A stretch of DNA of 64,000 nucleotides from an uncultured Candidatus Binatia bacterium. Its GTDB lineage: Bacteria; Desulfobacterota; Binatia; HRBIN30; CADEER01. The stretch lies in contig CBDCGC010000003.1 in the NCBI GenBank assembly GCA_965216585.1, forward strand, positions 4,259,244-4,323,243, given 5' to 3'. Positions within the stretch are counted from its first letter, which is position 1; every line of letters starts with the position of its first letter. Below the pieces are notes generated by a model. The model was not told the DNA's origin. It saw nothing but the letters and a program-made list of their open reading frames with translations, and did no database searches. Of the stretch, positions 1 through 8,848 are shown in pieces. Both the position numbers and the translations under genes were made by a program.

Positions 1-561
1 CAAGACCTACGATAGCGAGTTCAAGATACCGGAACCAATCCATATTGGGCCTCTCTGGGGCGTCGCCATGTCTCTATCAGACTGGGACAATCCCGTGCCA
101 ACCGAGTACGGAAACACCTGATTGCGCGCGTGCTGATGGCGGATGTAAGGTTTTCTGATTCGGGGGAATCCGTGAGGCCGCTGGCTTTCACCATCATCAT
201 CATTTGGTCGACTGCAACGTTTGCCCACGGGCGGCGGCATCGACCGAGGGCGATGCGGTGGGCACAATGACCGCAAGAACGGCGGATACCACGTCCACCG
301 GCCGAGTAATGTACCTGCTATCCGGATGCGAAGGAGGCAAGAAACGCGAGTCGGTTCACAGTGTGCTGAGCGTGCTGGCGCTTAGATCCGATCTGGATCC
401 CTCACCGATCGATTGGATGGCGACCATGACTTGTGCGAACAATCTCATTCGCAAGCGAGTGGGGAAGCCTGAGTCGCCAATCGGATCGATAAAGCGATTC
501 TAAAGTCCGGCTGATTGTTGTTTCGATCTGGTTCGTTCTCTTTTCTCGAAAGGGGTGCCAC

Positions 562-858
562 ATGGGTCTGTTCAAGAAGTTACGGGCCGTATTCAGTACT
601 GAAGGCGCGATAATGACGTCTGCCTACGTGTACCAAGAAAAGTACCCCCATCTGTCGTTCTTGGAGTCACTCGAACGTTCACTTGTCGAAACGCGCCCGG
701 GGTGGACTCAAGAGTTGTGGGATCTGGTTGCACCCACGATTACGCTCCGTGAAAACGCGCCCGGAGACGAGAATGAAAGGGAGCACCTGATGGTGCGCCA
801 GGTCGCGCATGTCGAACAGAAGCTGCGCGAGGGTAAGGATCCGCGCGAGCTGTTTTAG
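562..858 (+). CDS. hypothetical small protein (98 aa) at the left edge of the toxin/immunity island; possible immunity-type protein
   Basis: ATG at 562 preceded by AAAGGGG, a Shine-Dalgarno-like sequence, 6 nt upstream. No recognisable motifs. Lies in an island context with lower GC than the core (judged by eye). Confidence 0.3.
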   Translation: MGLFKKLRAVFSTEGAIMTSAYVYQEKYPHLSFLESLERSLVETRPGWTQELWDLVAPTITLRENAPGDENEREHLMVRQVAHVEQKLREGKDPRELF

Positions 859-984
859 GCTGATTGTCTTTGCATACTGTGCGGCCTGCTCGGTAGGCCA
901 TATCTCCTGCATCCGGGCCGATCTCCCCATCGCGGGTGTGGGTCTGGCTAGTCGACCGGGATTGTGGTGTGGAAAGTCATCCGG

Positions 985-1371
985 AGAGGAATGCTCGGAT
1001 GGTCAGCCGACGAACTGGTTTGCCTCGCTAACTTCGACTGCCGACACCGGTGCAGAGCTGTCATCCTAAGTGTGGGAAAAGCGTACGACGGTATTCCAGA
1101 AATCCTCGAGTAGGATGTGATTCGCCGATGAAAGGGAATCCGCGACGCCCGGGAGTCACGCCGAGTCCTCCAACCGACGCCGCGCGTGCCGGGTCCTCGT
1201 CCTTCAGAGCGAACTTTGCCGTCGTCGCGCGACTTCCGCAGCAGCGAGGCCACCGGTACGGCGCCGGATCTTTCGCGGAAGAGAAACTCTAAGTTGCGAG
1301 GTGAATGACAGGTCTTTGGAGGGGGCGTGCAGATGAACTTTTTCTCGCGCCAAGACGCCAAGGCGCCAAGG
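985..1371. repeat. Repeat R1, copy A. A ~90 bp segment (985-1072) and a ~100 bp segment (1275-1371) are near-identical to 6036-6204, with a ~200 bp insertion (1073-1274) relative to copy B.
   Basis: Direct alignment by eye. '...ggagagg.atg.tcgga.ggtc.gccga.gaactg.tttgcctcgctaacttcgactgccgacaccggtgcagagctgtcatcctaagt' occurs at both places, as does '..aactttttctcgcgccaagac.ccaa.gcg.caag'. Confidence 0.8.
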
Positions 1372-1814
1372 AAGAGATCAGGAGCGGAACGACGGTTGCC
1401 CATCTTGGCGCGCGAAATTCTTTTTTCTTTCCGGGCAAGGCAATTCTAAAGGGTGCAGTAAAAGCCGGAATCAACAAAGGTGCAAAAACCGTTGGCAGCA
1501 AAATCGTTGGAAGTAGGGCCGCAAAGGGAGGAGCGCGGGTCACCGGCAGAGCCTTGAAGGCGGCGCGTAGAGAGTTTAACAAGGTCCGACCGAAGTTCTG
1601 GAAAAACGAGGCTGCGACGAACCCTGGAAAGTACAGCGCGGGCGACCTGGATCGGATGCGGCAGGGGAAGCCTCCGATCGGTTCGGACGGGCACCCGATG
1701 GAGCTGCATCACCGGACGCCGCTCTCCGAGGGGGGAACGAACGCGTTTGACAATCTGGTCCCGATGACTCGCACAGGGCATCGGCTCGGTCCTAACTTGA
1801 GAAAGAACCACTGA
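1305..1814 (+). CDS. Orphan polymorphic-toxin C-terminal module: LHH-family HNH/EndoVII-fold nuclease domain (Tox-LHH-like), preceded by a Lys/Gly/Ala-rich linker
   Basis: C-terminal motif 'MELHHRTPLSEGGTNAFDNLVPMTRTGHRLGPN' has the LHH...N...H arrangement of HNH nucleases of the LHH clade. There is no N-terminal delivery domain. The N-terminus overlaps repeat R1. An immunity-like gene sits immediately downstream. Confidence 0.6.
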   Translation: MTGLWRGRADELFLAPRRQGAKEEIRSGTTVAHLGARNSFFFPGKAILKGAVKAGINKGAKTVGSKIVGSRAAKGGARVTGRALKAARREFNKVRPKFWKNEAATNPGKYSAGDLDRMRQGKPPIGSDGHPMELHHRTPLSEGGTNAFDNLVPMTRTGHRLGPNLRKNH

Positions 1815-1843
1815 TCATACATTAAGCTCGGGAGGCTTCACGA

Positions 1844-2284
1844 ATGCCATCATATTCAGAATTGGCTACGCGCCTTGTCAACTTCGAGTGTCGAGACCTT
1901 GGGACCGGGGTCTCGGACAACGAAATCGCTGCCGCGGAACGGAGTCTCGAGCTCCGGATTGAAGGTGGTTACCGCCAGTTCTTGAAGCAGTTCGGGTGGG
2001 GTGGCGTTGAGCATTTGGAGTTGTACGGACTTGGCGGGCCGCCCCACTTGGATCTACTGCAAGTGACAGAGAGCGAGAGATCCGAGATGGAGCCACCTCT
2101 GTCTCCGCACCTACTACCCGTGATGAATGACGGTGGTGGCAATCTGTTCTGTCTCGACACAAAGGCTGCGAATGATCCTCCCATCGTGTTTTGGGACCAC
2201 ACTGGAGGGGCTGACCAAGCCGCGGAAATTGAAGGCGAGAGTTTCTCTTCGTGGCTGTGGGCGCAACTGAACGGCCTTGACTGA
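1844..2284 (+). CDS. SMI1/KNR4 (SUKH superfamily) immunity protein, cognate partner of the upstream LHH nuclease module
   Basis: 146 aa. It follows the toxin by 29 nt and has an RBS-like GGGAGG upstream. The sequence 'YRQFLKQFGWGGVEHLELYGLGG...GGGNLFCLD' matches the SUKH-1/SMI1_KNR4 pattern (conserved F..GG, Y.G, 'lf.ld'). Confidence 0.6.
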   Translation: MPSYSELATRLVNFECRDLGTGVSDNEIAAAERSLELRIEGGYRQFLKQFGWGGVEHLELYGLGGPPHLDLLQVTESERSEMEPPLSPHLLPVMNDGGGNLFCLDTKAANDPPIVFWDHTGGADQAAEIEGESFSSWLWAQLNGLD

Positions 2285-2370
2285 GCAAATCTTCGCGCCG
2301 AGGCCAGCCTTCTTCTTCCGACTCGTTTCATACAGGTACTGCCGCGGCTCTAATCCTGATTACCATCAAC

Positions 2371-2484
2371 ATGGGCATCCGTGACTGGCCTGAGGTGCTC
2401 GCTGGCGACGAGGTGCTGGCAACGGCGATTCTCGATCGGCTCCTACACAAGAGCCACGTGCTCAACATCCGCGGTCTCAGCTAA
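2371..2484 (+). pseudogene. C-terminal remnant of an IS21-family IstB helper ATPase
   Basis: The frame reads '...GIRDWPEVLAGDEVLATAILDRLLHKSHVLNIRGLS*'. This matches the IstB C-terminal consensus 'W.eilgde.lt.A.LDRLlHH.h...i.GESYRL'. There is no Walker A/B upstream, so it is a fragment. Confidence 0.5.
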
Positions 2485-2573
2485 CCCAACTTGGAACACT
2501 TCGTAAGCGTTCGGCCATCCACACCCTTTGCTGAGTAGCCGTCGAGGCGCAGGGTTGCCGTCGGAGGTGAGCG

Positions 2574-2760
2574 ATGGCGAAACAGGGGCGATGGTTGGCG
2601 CGCGAGGCGGAGATGCGGGCGGTGCTGACGAAGTGGGAGCGGAGCGATCTGCCGTTGTCGCAGTTCGCGAGGCGAGAGGGCGTCGCGGTAAAGACGCTGT
2701 ACCGCTGGCGGCGTCGCCTCGGCGGCGATTCCCCGGGCCTTCACTTACTTCTGCGAGGCT
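2574..2760 (+). pseudogene. Transposase OrfA-type helix-turn-helix fragment (IS3/IS66-like), truncated
   Basis: 'MAKQGRWLAREAEMRAVLTKWERSDLPLSQFARREGVAVKTLYRWRRRLG' is a typical N-terminal HTH of a two-ORF IS transposase. The frame then decays into low-complexity sequence and runs into the intron fragment. Confidence 0.45.
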
Positions 2761-2826
2761 TGCTTTCCCTACCTCGCCTCGGCCGGCCTCGCCACCTCCG
2801 ACGTCGCCGCGATCAGGTGGCTCCGG

Positions 2827-3855
2827 TTGCCTCGGCTCCCTACGCCACCTGATCGTGCCTTTCCCCTGACAAGAGCCCTCGGTGAAGCTTTTTGGGGATG
2901 CCCGCGCTTTTCGTCACTTTCGCGCGGGTTTCAACCACCGTTTACACGAGCCGACCGCAGTGCGTTGGACGCGGTGGGCAGAGTGCACAGCCTGGTCAAT
3001 ACGGGGCATACGGAGGTGATCGACGCAGACCTGAGTGGGTATTTCGACAGCATTCCCCACGCCGAGCTGATGAAGTCGGTGGCCCGTCGCGTGAGCGACA
3101 GACACATGCTGCATCTGATCAAGATGTGGCTGGAAGCGCCGGTGGAGGAGATCGACGACCGAGGAAGGCGACATCGAACGACCCGCAACAAGGATGAGGG
3201 GAGAGGCACCCCGCAGGGGGCGCCAATCTCGCCGCTGCTGAGCAACATCTACATGCGCCGGTTCATTCTCGGGTGGAAGACACTCGGGTATGAACGCAGG
3301 CTGCGGGCATACATCGTCAACTACGCCGACGACTTCGTGATCTGCTGTCGCGGAACCGCCACGCAAGCGATGGCGGCGATGCGGGAGATGATGCTGAAGC
3401 TGAGGCTGACGGTGAACGAGGAAAAGACGCGGCAGTGTGGCGTCTGGGACGAAGGATTCGACTTTCTGGGTTACACCATCGGGCGATGTCACTCGCCGAA
3501 GACGGGGAAGGTGTACATTGGGACCAAGCCGTCGAGGAAGAAGATCCAGCGACTATGTCGTGAGATCAGCGAGCTGACGGAGCGGCGATGGCTGCAAATC
3601 GACGCCGAGGTGCAAGTAGGGAGAATCAACCGCCGAGTGAGAGGGTGGTCGAACTACTTTCGCTTGGGGCCGGTGAGCAAAGCCTATCGGGCCGTAGATC
3701 GACACACGGCCAGTCGGCTGCGCCAGTGGCTGCGCAAGAAGCACAAGGTGCAGGGACAGGGGACGGCACGCTACCCCGACGAGTATCTGTACCAGAAGCT
3801 GAACCTGGTTCGGCTAGAAGAGCGGACACGCAATCTTCCGTGGGCGAAAGCGTGA
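2827..3855 (+). pseudogene. Group II intron reverse transcriptase/maturase, N-terminally truncated (homology begins ~2947)
   Basis: See the intron feature. The YADD motif and maturase X domain are present; fingers/palm RT1-3 are missing. Confidence 0.7.
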
Positions 3856-3950
3856 GCGCCTGTACGAAAGCCGGATGCGGGAAAACCGCACGTCCGGTTT
3901 GATGAGCGGGATGTGGAAACGGAGCATGGCTGTGATCATGGGACACTCGC
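2947..3950 (+). mobile_element. 3' fragment of a bacterial group II intron. It carries an N-terminally truncated RT/maturase ORF plus ribozyme domain V (3868-3902) and a putative domain VI; the 5' half is missing.
   Basis: RT domains 4-7 are present: 'VIDADLSGYFDSIPHAELM', 'GTPQGAPISPLLSNIYM', 'YADDFVICC', and the X/maturase region 'RGWSNYFRLG'. RT0-RT3 are absent. Just 3' of the ORF, 'AAGCCGGAUGCGGGAAAACCGCACGUCCGGUU' matches the domain V consensus AGCCGnAUGCG..GAAA..CGCACGUnCGGUU. Confidence 0.7.
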
Positions 3951-4099
3951 AGACGAAAGGGCGAGCCAACAGAGAACCAAACCTCAGCCTAAACCACCGC
4001 GCCACATCTCGACTCTACCCGTTAGAACGGGCACCGCCCCGCAAGACCTGCTAAGTTGTATTCTTACCAAGGAATTCAACACAGCGGAGGAGCGGGGCG

Positions 4100-5521
4100 G
4101 TGGAGACAGAGTGTAAGACGGAACAGCTCGAGTTCCAAGGGCTGGGGCGGCGAGAAGTGGTGGGGAAATTTGACGGTGGTCGTCTGAGTTCAGATGCAGG
4201 GGGTCTGCTGCTTCTGCGTGAAGTGTCGATCCAAACGGGGCTGTTGGGGCGATTCGCCGAGTGCTTCACCGACCACCGAGATCCCGAGCTGATCGAGCAC
4301 ACGGTGGAAGAGCTGGTAAGTCAGCGGGTGCTGGCACAGGCATGTGGATACGAGGATGTGAACGACCACGATGTGCTACGCGACGACACGCTGCTTGCGG
4401 TGGCGGTGGGCAAGCAAGATGTAACCGGAGCGCAGCGCAAGCGCGAGCGTGACCGAGGTCATGCGCTGGCGGGCAAGAGCACGTTGAATCGGCTCGAGGG
4501 TACGCCGAGCGGAGCCAGCAAGGAGTCGCGCTACAAGAAGATCGAGTACGACGCAGAGGCGATCGAAGGGCTATTTGTAGATGCGTACCTGCGCCGACAC
4601 GAGCAGGCGCCCGAGGAGATCGTGATTGACGTGGACGCTACCGACGATCCGCTGCACGGTAACCAGGAGGGTCGATTCTTCCACGGCTACTACCGTTCGT
4701 ATTGTTACCTGCCGCTGTACATCTTCTGTGGCGACGCGCTTCTGGCCGCGAAACTTCGCCAATCGAACATCGACGGGGCGGCCGGGGTCGTCGAAGAGCT
4801 CGAGCGCATCGTCAGCCAGATTCGCCAGAGGTGGCCGGAGGTGAAGATCACCATACGTGGGGACGCGGGTTTTGCCCGCGAGGAGCTGATGGCGTGGTGC
4901 GAAGGGCACGGGGTGGAGTACGTGTTGGGCTTGGCGCGCAACGCTCGGCTGGAGAAGATTGTGAAGTCCGAGCTCGCAGAGGCCCAGCGTCGCCAGCAGG
5001 AGAGCGGTTGTGCGCAGCGGGTATTCAAGGACTTCACCTACCGGACGCGCAAGACGTGGAGCCGACAGCGCCGGGTGGTGGGCAAGGCCGAGCAGTTGGT
5101 GGGAAAGTCCAATCCCCGCTTCATCGTCACCTCGCTGAGTGAGGAGCAGTGGGAGGCGCAGGCACTGTACGAGGAGCTGTACTGCGCCCGAGGCGACATG
5201 GAGAACCGGATCAAGGAGCAGCAGCTCGATTTGTTTGCCGATCGCACCAGTATGTCGACGATGCGCGGCAATCAGTTGCGGCTGTGGATCGCCTCGCTGG
5301 CCTACGTTCTGGTGGCTGAGCTGCGCCGAGTCGGGCTTGCCGGCACGCAGTTGGCCCGAGCCCAAGCCGGGACGACCAGAACACGGCTGTTCAAGCTGGC
5401 CGGCCGCGTGACCATCAGTGTGCGCCGGGTGCTGGTCTCGCTCAGTGAAGTGTTCCCACTCCAGCAGCTGTTCGCCCAGGTGCTCGCCAACATCCAGCGT
5501 GCCTACCCACCGCCCGGATAA
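4100..5521 (+). CDS. IS1380-family DDE transposase (473 aa)
   Basis: The N-terminal 'LSSDAGGLLLLREV' and 'LAQACGYEDVNDHDVLRDD' are hallmark motifs of IS1380-family transposases. DDE-region motifs are also present ('IDVDATDDPLHGNQEG', 'RGDAGFA'). The IS ends were not resolved; the element is probably ~3990-5650. Confidence 0.75.
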   Translation: METECKTEQLEFQGLGRREVVGKFDGGRLSSDAGGLLLLREVSIQTGLLGRFAECFTDHRDPELIEHTVEELVSQRVLAQACGYEDVNDHDVLRDDTLLAVAVGKQDVTGAQRKRERDRGHALAGKSTLNRLEGTPSGASKESRYKKIEYDAEAIEGLFVDAYLRRHEQAPEEIVIDVDATDDPLHGNQEGRFFHGYYRSYCYLPLYIFCGDALLAAKLRQSNIDGAAGVVEELERIVSQIRQRWPEVKITIRGDAGFAREELMAWCEGHGVEYVLGLARNARLEKIVKSELAEAQRRQQESGCAQRVFKDFTYRTRKTWSRQRRVVGKAEQLVGKSNPRFIVTSLSEEQWEAQALYEELYCARGDMENRIKEQQLDLFADRTSMSTMRGNQLRLWIASLAYVLVAELRRVGLAGTQLARAQAGTTRTRLFKLAGRVTISVRRVLVSLSEVFPLQQLFAQVLANIQRAYPPPG

Positions 5522-6035
5522 GCCGGGGCCGCAGACATAACCAGCACTTCAAACGGCTCTCTGGCCGGCGCGAAACCAGCGCCGATGCAAAGCTGCGTCC
5601 ACGAGCTCCGTTTCAGGGGCAGAAACCGAACCGAATCCCGTCGCTCAGCCGAACCACGCCCCCGAATTTTGTCGCTGGCTACTCTGCCAAGCCGAAACCT
5701 CAAAATCTCGACAACAAATTCCCCGGAAGATGACCCCCGGTCGCTATTGGTGAGATATGCGGGCTAGAGCTGCGACACGCTGGCTGTCATTTCTCACGAG
5801 GATGACCCACCCTGCATCAAGCGACAAGCGGAGACGAGCCGGGTATTGCTAAGTCGCGGCGACGGGCCTCGATCGTGCCGGCGGTGGTACCTCATCGAGT
5901 CCTCGTGAGCGTCCACCAAAGTCGGTGCAAAAACCCATCGACCCGCAAGTCTGTCCTCGCGGCTTCGCGTACCTCAAGAATTGCCTTGGTCGTCCTCTCA
6001 AGATTGTCTTCAAGGAACCCGTACAAGTTCGGAGA

Positions 6036-6204
6036 GGTATGTTCGGACGGTCGGCCGATGAACTGATTTGCCTCGCTAACTTCGACTGCCGACACCGGTG
6101 CAGAGCTGTCATCCTAAGTTCGTTCGCGGAGAGAAAACTCCAGATTGCCTCGCGCGGGGTTGTCCAGGCAAACTTTTTCTCGCGCCAAGACACCAAAGCG
6201 ACAA
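6036..6204. repeat. Repeat R1, copy B, contiguous (lacks the 200 bp insertion present in copy A)
   Basis: See copy A. Confidence 0.8.
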
Positions 6205-6277
6205 GAGGGCACGGCCACGGGCCACTTTTTGATCGTACGAGAACCCTCTCGGGAATCATGTTGTACTCATTGCACTC

Positions 6278-6529
6278 ATGTGTTACTACGCACACGTGGA
6301 CACGACGATCCGGAACCTCGATCGAGATGCTTATCGAGCCCTGAAAGGGCGCGCCGCCATCGAAGGAACCACGATTGGTGAGCTGATCAATCGCGCGATC
6401 CGTTCCTATCTCGCTCAGTCGCAGCCGATCCCGAAACTCGGAACGATAGGGTCCTTGGTTCCCGAACCGTACCCGGCCGGAACCGAACGGCTCAGCGAAG
6501 AGATCGACAAAGTCGTCTACGGGTCCTAG
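6278..6529 (+). CDS. vapB: Ribbon-helix-helix antitoxin (VapB/FitA-like)
   Basis: 'DTTIRNLDRDAYRALKGRAAIEGTTIGELINRAIRSYL' is an RHH motif. The gene sits directly upstream of the PIN gene. An alternative GTG start lies at 6296. Confidence 0.6.
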   Translation: MCYYAHVDTTIRNLDRDAYRALKGRAAIEGTTIGELINRAIRSYLAQSQPIPKLGTIGSLVPEPYPAGTERLSEEIDKVVYGS

Positions 6530-6551
6530 CGGGGGTACGGGGGCGTACGCG

Positions 6552-6956
6552 TTGATCGTTCTCGACTCCAGTTTTCTGGTTGCCTTCCACAACGAGCGGG
6601 ATTCCCATCACGCCGCGGCGAGGGCAGTGATGAACGACTTCGTAGCCGGGCGCTGGGGCCGCGGCCTCCTCTTGGAGTATGTGTTTCTCGAGGTGGTCAC
6701 CGTGATTGGGGCGAGACGTACCGTTGAGGCAGCGTCTGCCGTAGGAAGAGCGCTTCTCGGGGCGAGGGAGTTGGATTTCATCCCATGCTCCGACGTCTTC
6801 GGTGAAGCCTGGGACAGGTTCCAGAGTCAGCCGCGCAGCCACTTGAGCTTTGCCGATTGCGCAATTGCCAACGTGGCACTTCGCCAAGACGTCCCGCTCG
6901 TTGCAACATTCGACCGTGATTTTGAGAAGTTACCAGGACTCACGGTCGTCCCCTGA
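6552..6956 (+). CDS. vapC: PIN-domain ribonuclease toxin VapC
   Basis: PIN acidic residues occur in canonical positions: 'IVLDSS' (D), 'LLLEYVFLEV' (E), 'SFADCAIA' (D), 'FDRDFEK' (D). TTG/GTG start. There is a 22 nt gap after the RHH gene. Confidence 0.75.
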   Translation: MIVLDSSFLVAFHNERDSHHAAARAVMNDFVAGRWGRGLLLEYVFLEVVTVIGARRTVEAASAVGRALLGARELDFIPCSDVFGEAWDRFQSQPRSHLSFADCAIANVALRQDVPLVATFDRDFEKLPGLTVVP

Positions 6957-7138
6957 TCGGTCGAGCAACTCGCGCGCCGACTCGACCGCCTCGGTAGCGA
7001 TGGTCGCGACCCCCTCGAGAAAATAGTCGATCCAGCCTTCCCAGTCGCCCGGCGGTTCGCACCGCTCCAAGCCGATCGTAGTACTCGTCGCGGTGGCGCT
7101 TGAAGAAGGTGCTCAGTACAGCAACGGCTTCGCCACCG

Positions 7139-7190
7139 CGAGTGCTCGACCCTTCCGATCGAAACGAATTCGTCAACAACGGGATCCATG
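7139..7190. repeat. Repeat R2, copy A: ~55 bp, ~93% identical to 9325-9380
   Basis: 'gcca.cgcgagtgctcgacccttcc.atcgaaacg.attcgt.aacaacgggatcca' occurs at both sites in direct orientation. Confidence 0.8.
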
Positions 7191-7266
7191 CTGAAAGAGC
7201 GGGCCCTTGCCGTCGCCGAAGCACGGCGGAACCTGTCAACGACAATGAGACACGTCGGTTCGCGAA

Positions 7267-8318
7267 TTAGTGAGCAGTACGGCCCCCGTTCGGTGATACG
7301 GCCGGCGGGTTGATCCAGACCGCGTTGGGAAGAGGTGGCACGACGGGCGCGCCCCGTACGAAGCGTTCTGGATGGGCGTCGTGGGCCGCGTTGAGCACGC
7401 GACGACGGTTGTCGAGCATCTGGGCGGCGCGCCCGAAATGAACATCGGCCGGAGTGAGCATCGCGATACCGCCATGACGATGCTCGTGGTTGTACCAGGG
7501 GAAGAAGGTTCGACAGAAGGCCGTCGCCGCAGCCTGATCGTCGAAGCGACCAGGGAAGCCAGGATGGTACTTCACCGTCTTGAACTGCGACTCCGAGAAC
7601 GGATTGTCGTCAGAGACCCTCGGCCGCGACAGGGACCGAGTGATACCGAGGTCGGCCAGGAGCTGCGCGGTGCACTTGCTCGTCATGGGCGCGCCTCGAT
7701 CGGAATGCAGTGTCAGCACGTCGGGCCGCACACCGTGCTTCTGGTAGCTTTCTTCGATGAGCCGCCCGGCCAACACCGAGTTCTCTCGGTCGGCGACCAT
7801 CCAGCCCACGGCGTAGCGCGAGTACAGGTCGAGCAGGACATAGAGGTAGTAATAGGTCCACGCCTTCGGCCCCAGGAGCTTGGTAATGTCCCAGGACCAG
7901 ACCTGATTGGGGGCCGTGGCGACGAGCTCGGGCTTCTTGTACTCGGGGTGCCGGCGTTGGTTTCGTCGCTCGCGCACCGTGCGGCGCTCAGCCAGGACAC
8001 GGTACATCGTGCGTTCCGAGCACAGGTACTTCTTCTCGTCGAGCAGCGTGGCCACGATCTCGGCCGGAGCGCGATCGACGAAGCGCTCGGAGTAGAGCTC
8101 AGCGGCGACCAGGTCGCGTTCGCTCGTACTCAGAGCCCGGGCAGGTGTAGGCCGCGGCTGCTGATGCCCGGAAGACGGCCTTCGTCGACGGTAGAAGCTC
8201 GCCCGCGACACGGCCAACCCCCGGCACGCCGGCGCAACGCCGACGTGCCGAGCAAGCTCTTCGGCCGCCATCAGGAGTCCTTCCCGTCCTCGAGGCTGAA
8301 TCCCAGCAGCCCGGCAAC
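7267..8318 (-). CDS. IS3-family transposase OrfB (DDE integrase catalytic core). Expressed as an OrfAB fusion by -1 frameshifting.
   Basis: 'WSWDITKL...YYLYVLLDLYSRYAVGW' (D), 'LTLHSDRGAPMTS' (D), and 'NPFSESQFKTVKYHP' (E region) form the rve integrase core. Confidence 0.75.
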
Positions 8319-8753
8319 TTTTCCCTGCATGTCCAGGATCAAGTTTGCCTTGCGCAACTTCTCCTGCGTGCGGGCCAGCTCTGATTCGAGCTGGCGTACC
8401 CGCTTCTCCAGAGGGTTGCGCCCCTCGGCCTTGCGCCCGCGCTTCTTGGGCGCCAGCGCACCCGCACCACCGTCCTGATACGTCTTGCGCCAGTTCGCCA
8501 GATGCGAGCTGTACAGCCCCTCGCGCCGCAGCAACCGGCCTACCTCGCCTGGCTCCGAGCACTGCTCGGCTTCCTGTACGATTCGAAGCCGATACTGCGC
8601 CGTGAACTGTCGCCGAGTCGGCCTGGCCACTACTTCGCAGTCCGGCGCCGAAGGCGCCGCGCCACCAGGGAAGCCTTCGTCGCTACGCTCCTCAGTCTCC
8701 CCTGGTGGCGCAAACCTACCCTCCCAATCCAATCTGTCTCTCTCTGCTTCCAT
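8271..8753 (-). CDS. IS3-family transposase OrfA (HTH / leucine-zipper)
   Basis: 'RRQFTAQYRLRIVQEAEQCSEPGEVGRLLRREGLYSSHLANWRKTY' is an IS3 OrfA HTH. The heptad Leu region 'LEKRVRQLESELARTQEKLRKANLIL' precedes the slippery site. Confidence 0.7.
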   Translation of the reverse strand: MEAERDRLDWEGRFAPPGETEERSDEGFPGGAAPSAPDCEVVARPTRRQFTAQYRLRIVQEAEQCSEPGEVGRLLRREGLYSSHLANWRKTYQDGGAGALAPKKRGRKAEGRNPLEKRVRQLESELARTQEKLRKANLILDMQGKVAGLLGFSLEDGKDS

Positions 8754-8848
8754 CCTTCATACCTTCCACCGCCCTACTGTAATTTCCAGTGGAGAAGATG
8801 TCTCACTATCGTTGGCAGAAAGGGCGGGAGGCGGCTCGAGAGCGGGCG

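Larger units (their letters stand above)
7258..8805 (-). mobile_element. IS3-family insertion sequence (~1.55 kb) with orfA/orfB and a programmed -1 frameshift. Terminal inverted repeats TGAGACA...TGTCTCA.
   Basis: orfA (HTH + leucine zipper) and orfB (DDE integrase core) are in -1 register. The slippery GGGAAAAG (minus strand, ~8315-8323) joins the frames: 'MQGK' then 'SCRAAGIQ...'. Both ends start TGAGACA. Confidence 0.75.

Noticed and set aside
3990-5650. Tried to define IS1380 terminal inverted repeats
   Set aside because: Only a short shared 'ATCTCGAC' was seen on both flanks, in direct not inverted orientation. The ends cannot be assigned without a reference copy.
5849-6592. 247 aa minus-strand ORF covering repeat R1 copy B and the RHH antitoxin gene
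   Set aside because: It overlaps vapB in antisense. A partial protein-level similarity to the minus-strand ORF over R1 copy A is explained by the nucleotide repeat itself. Substitutions are not biased towards synonymous changes.
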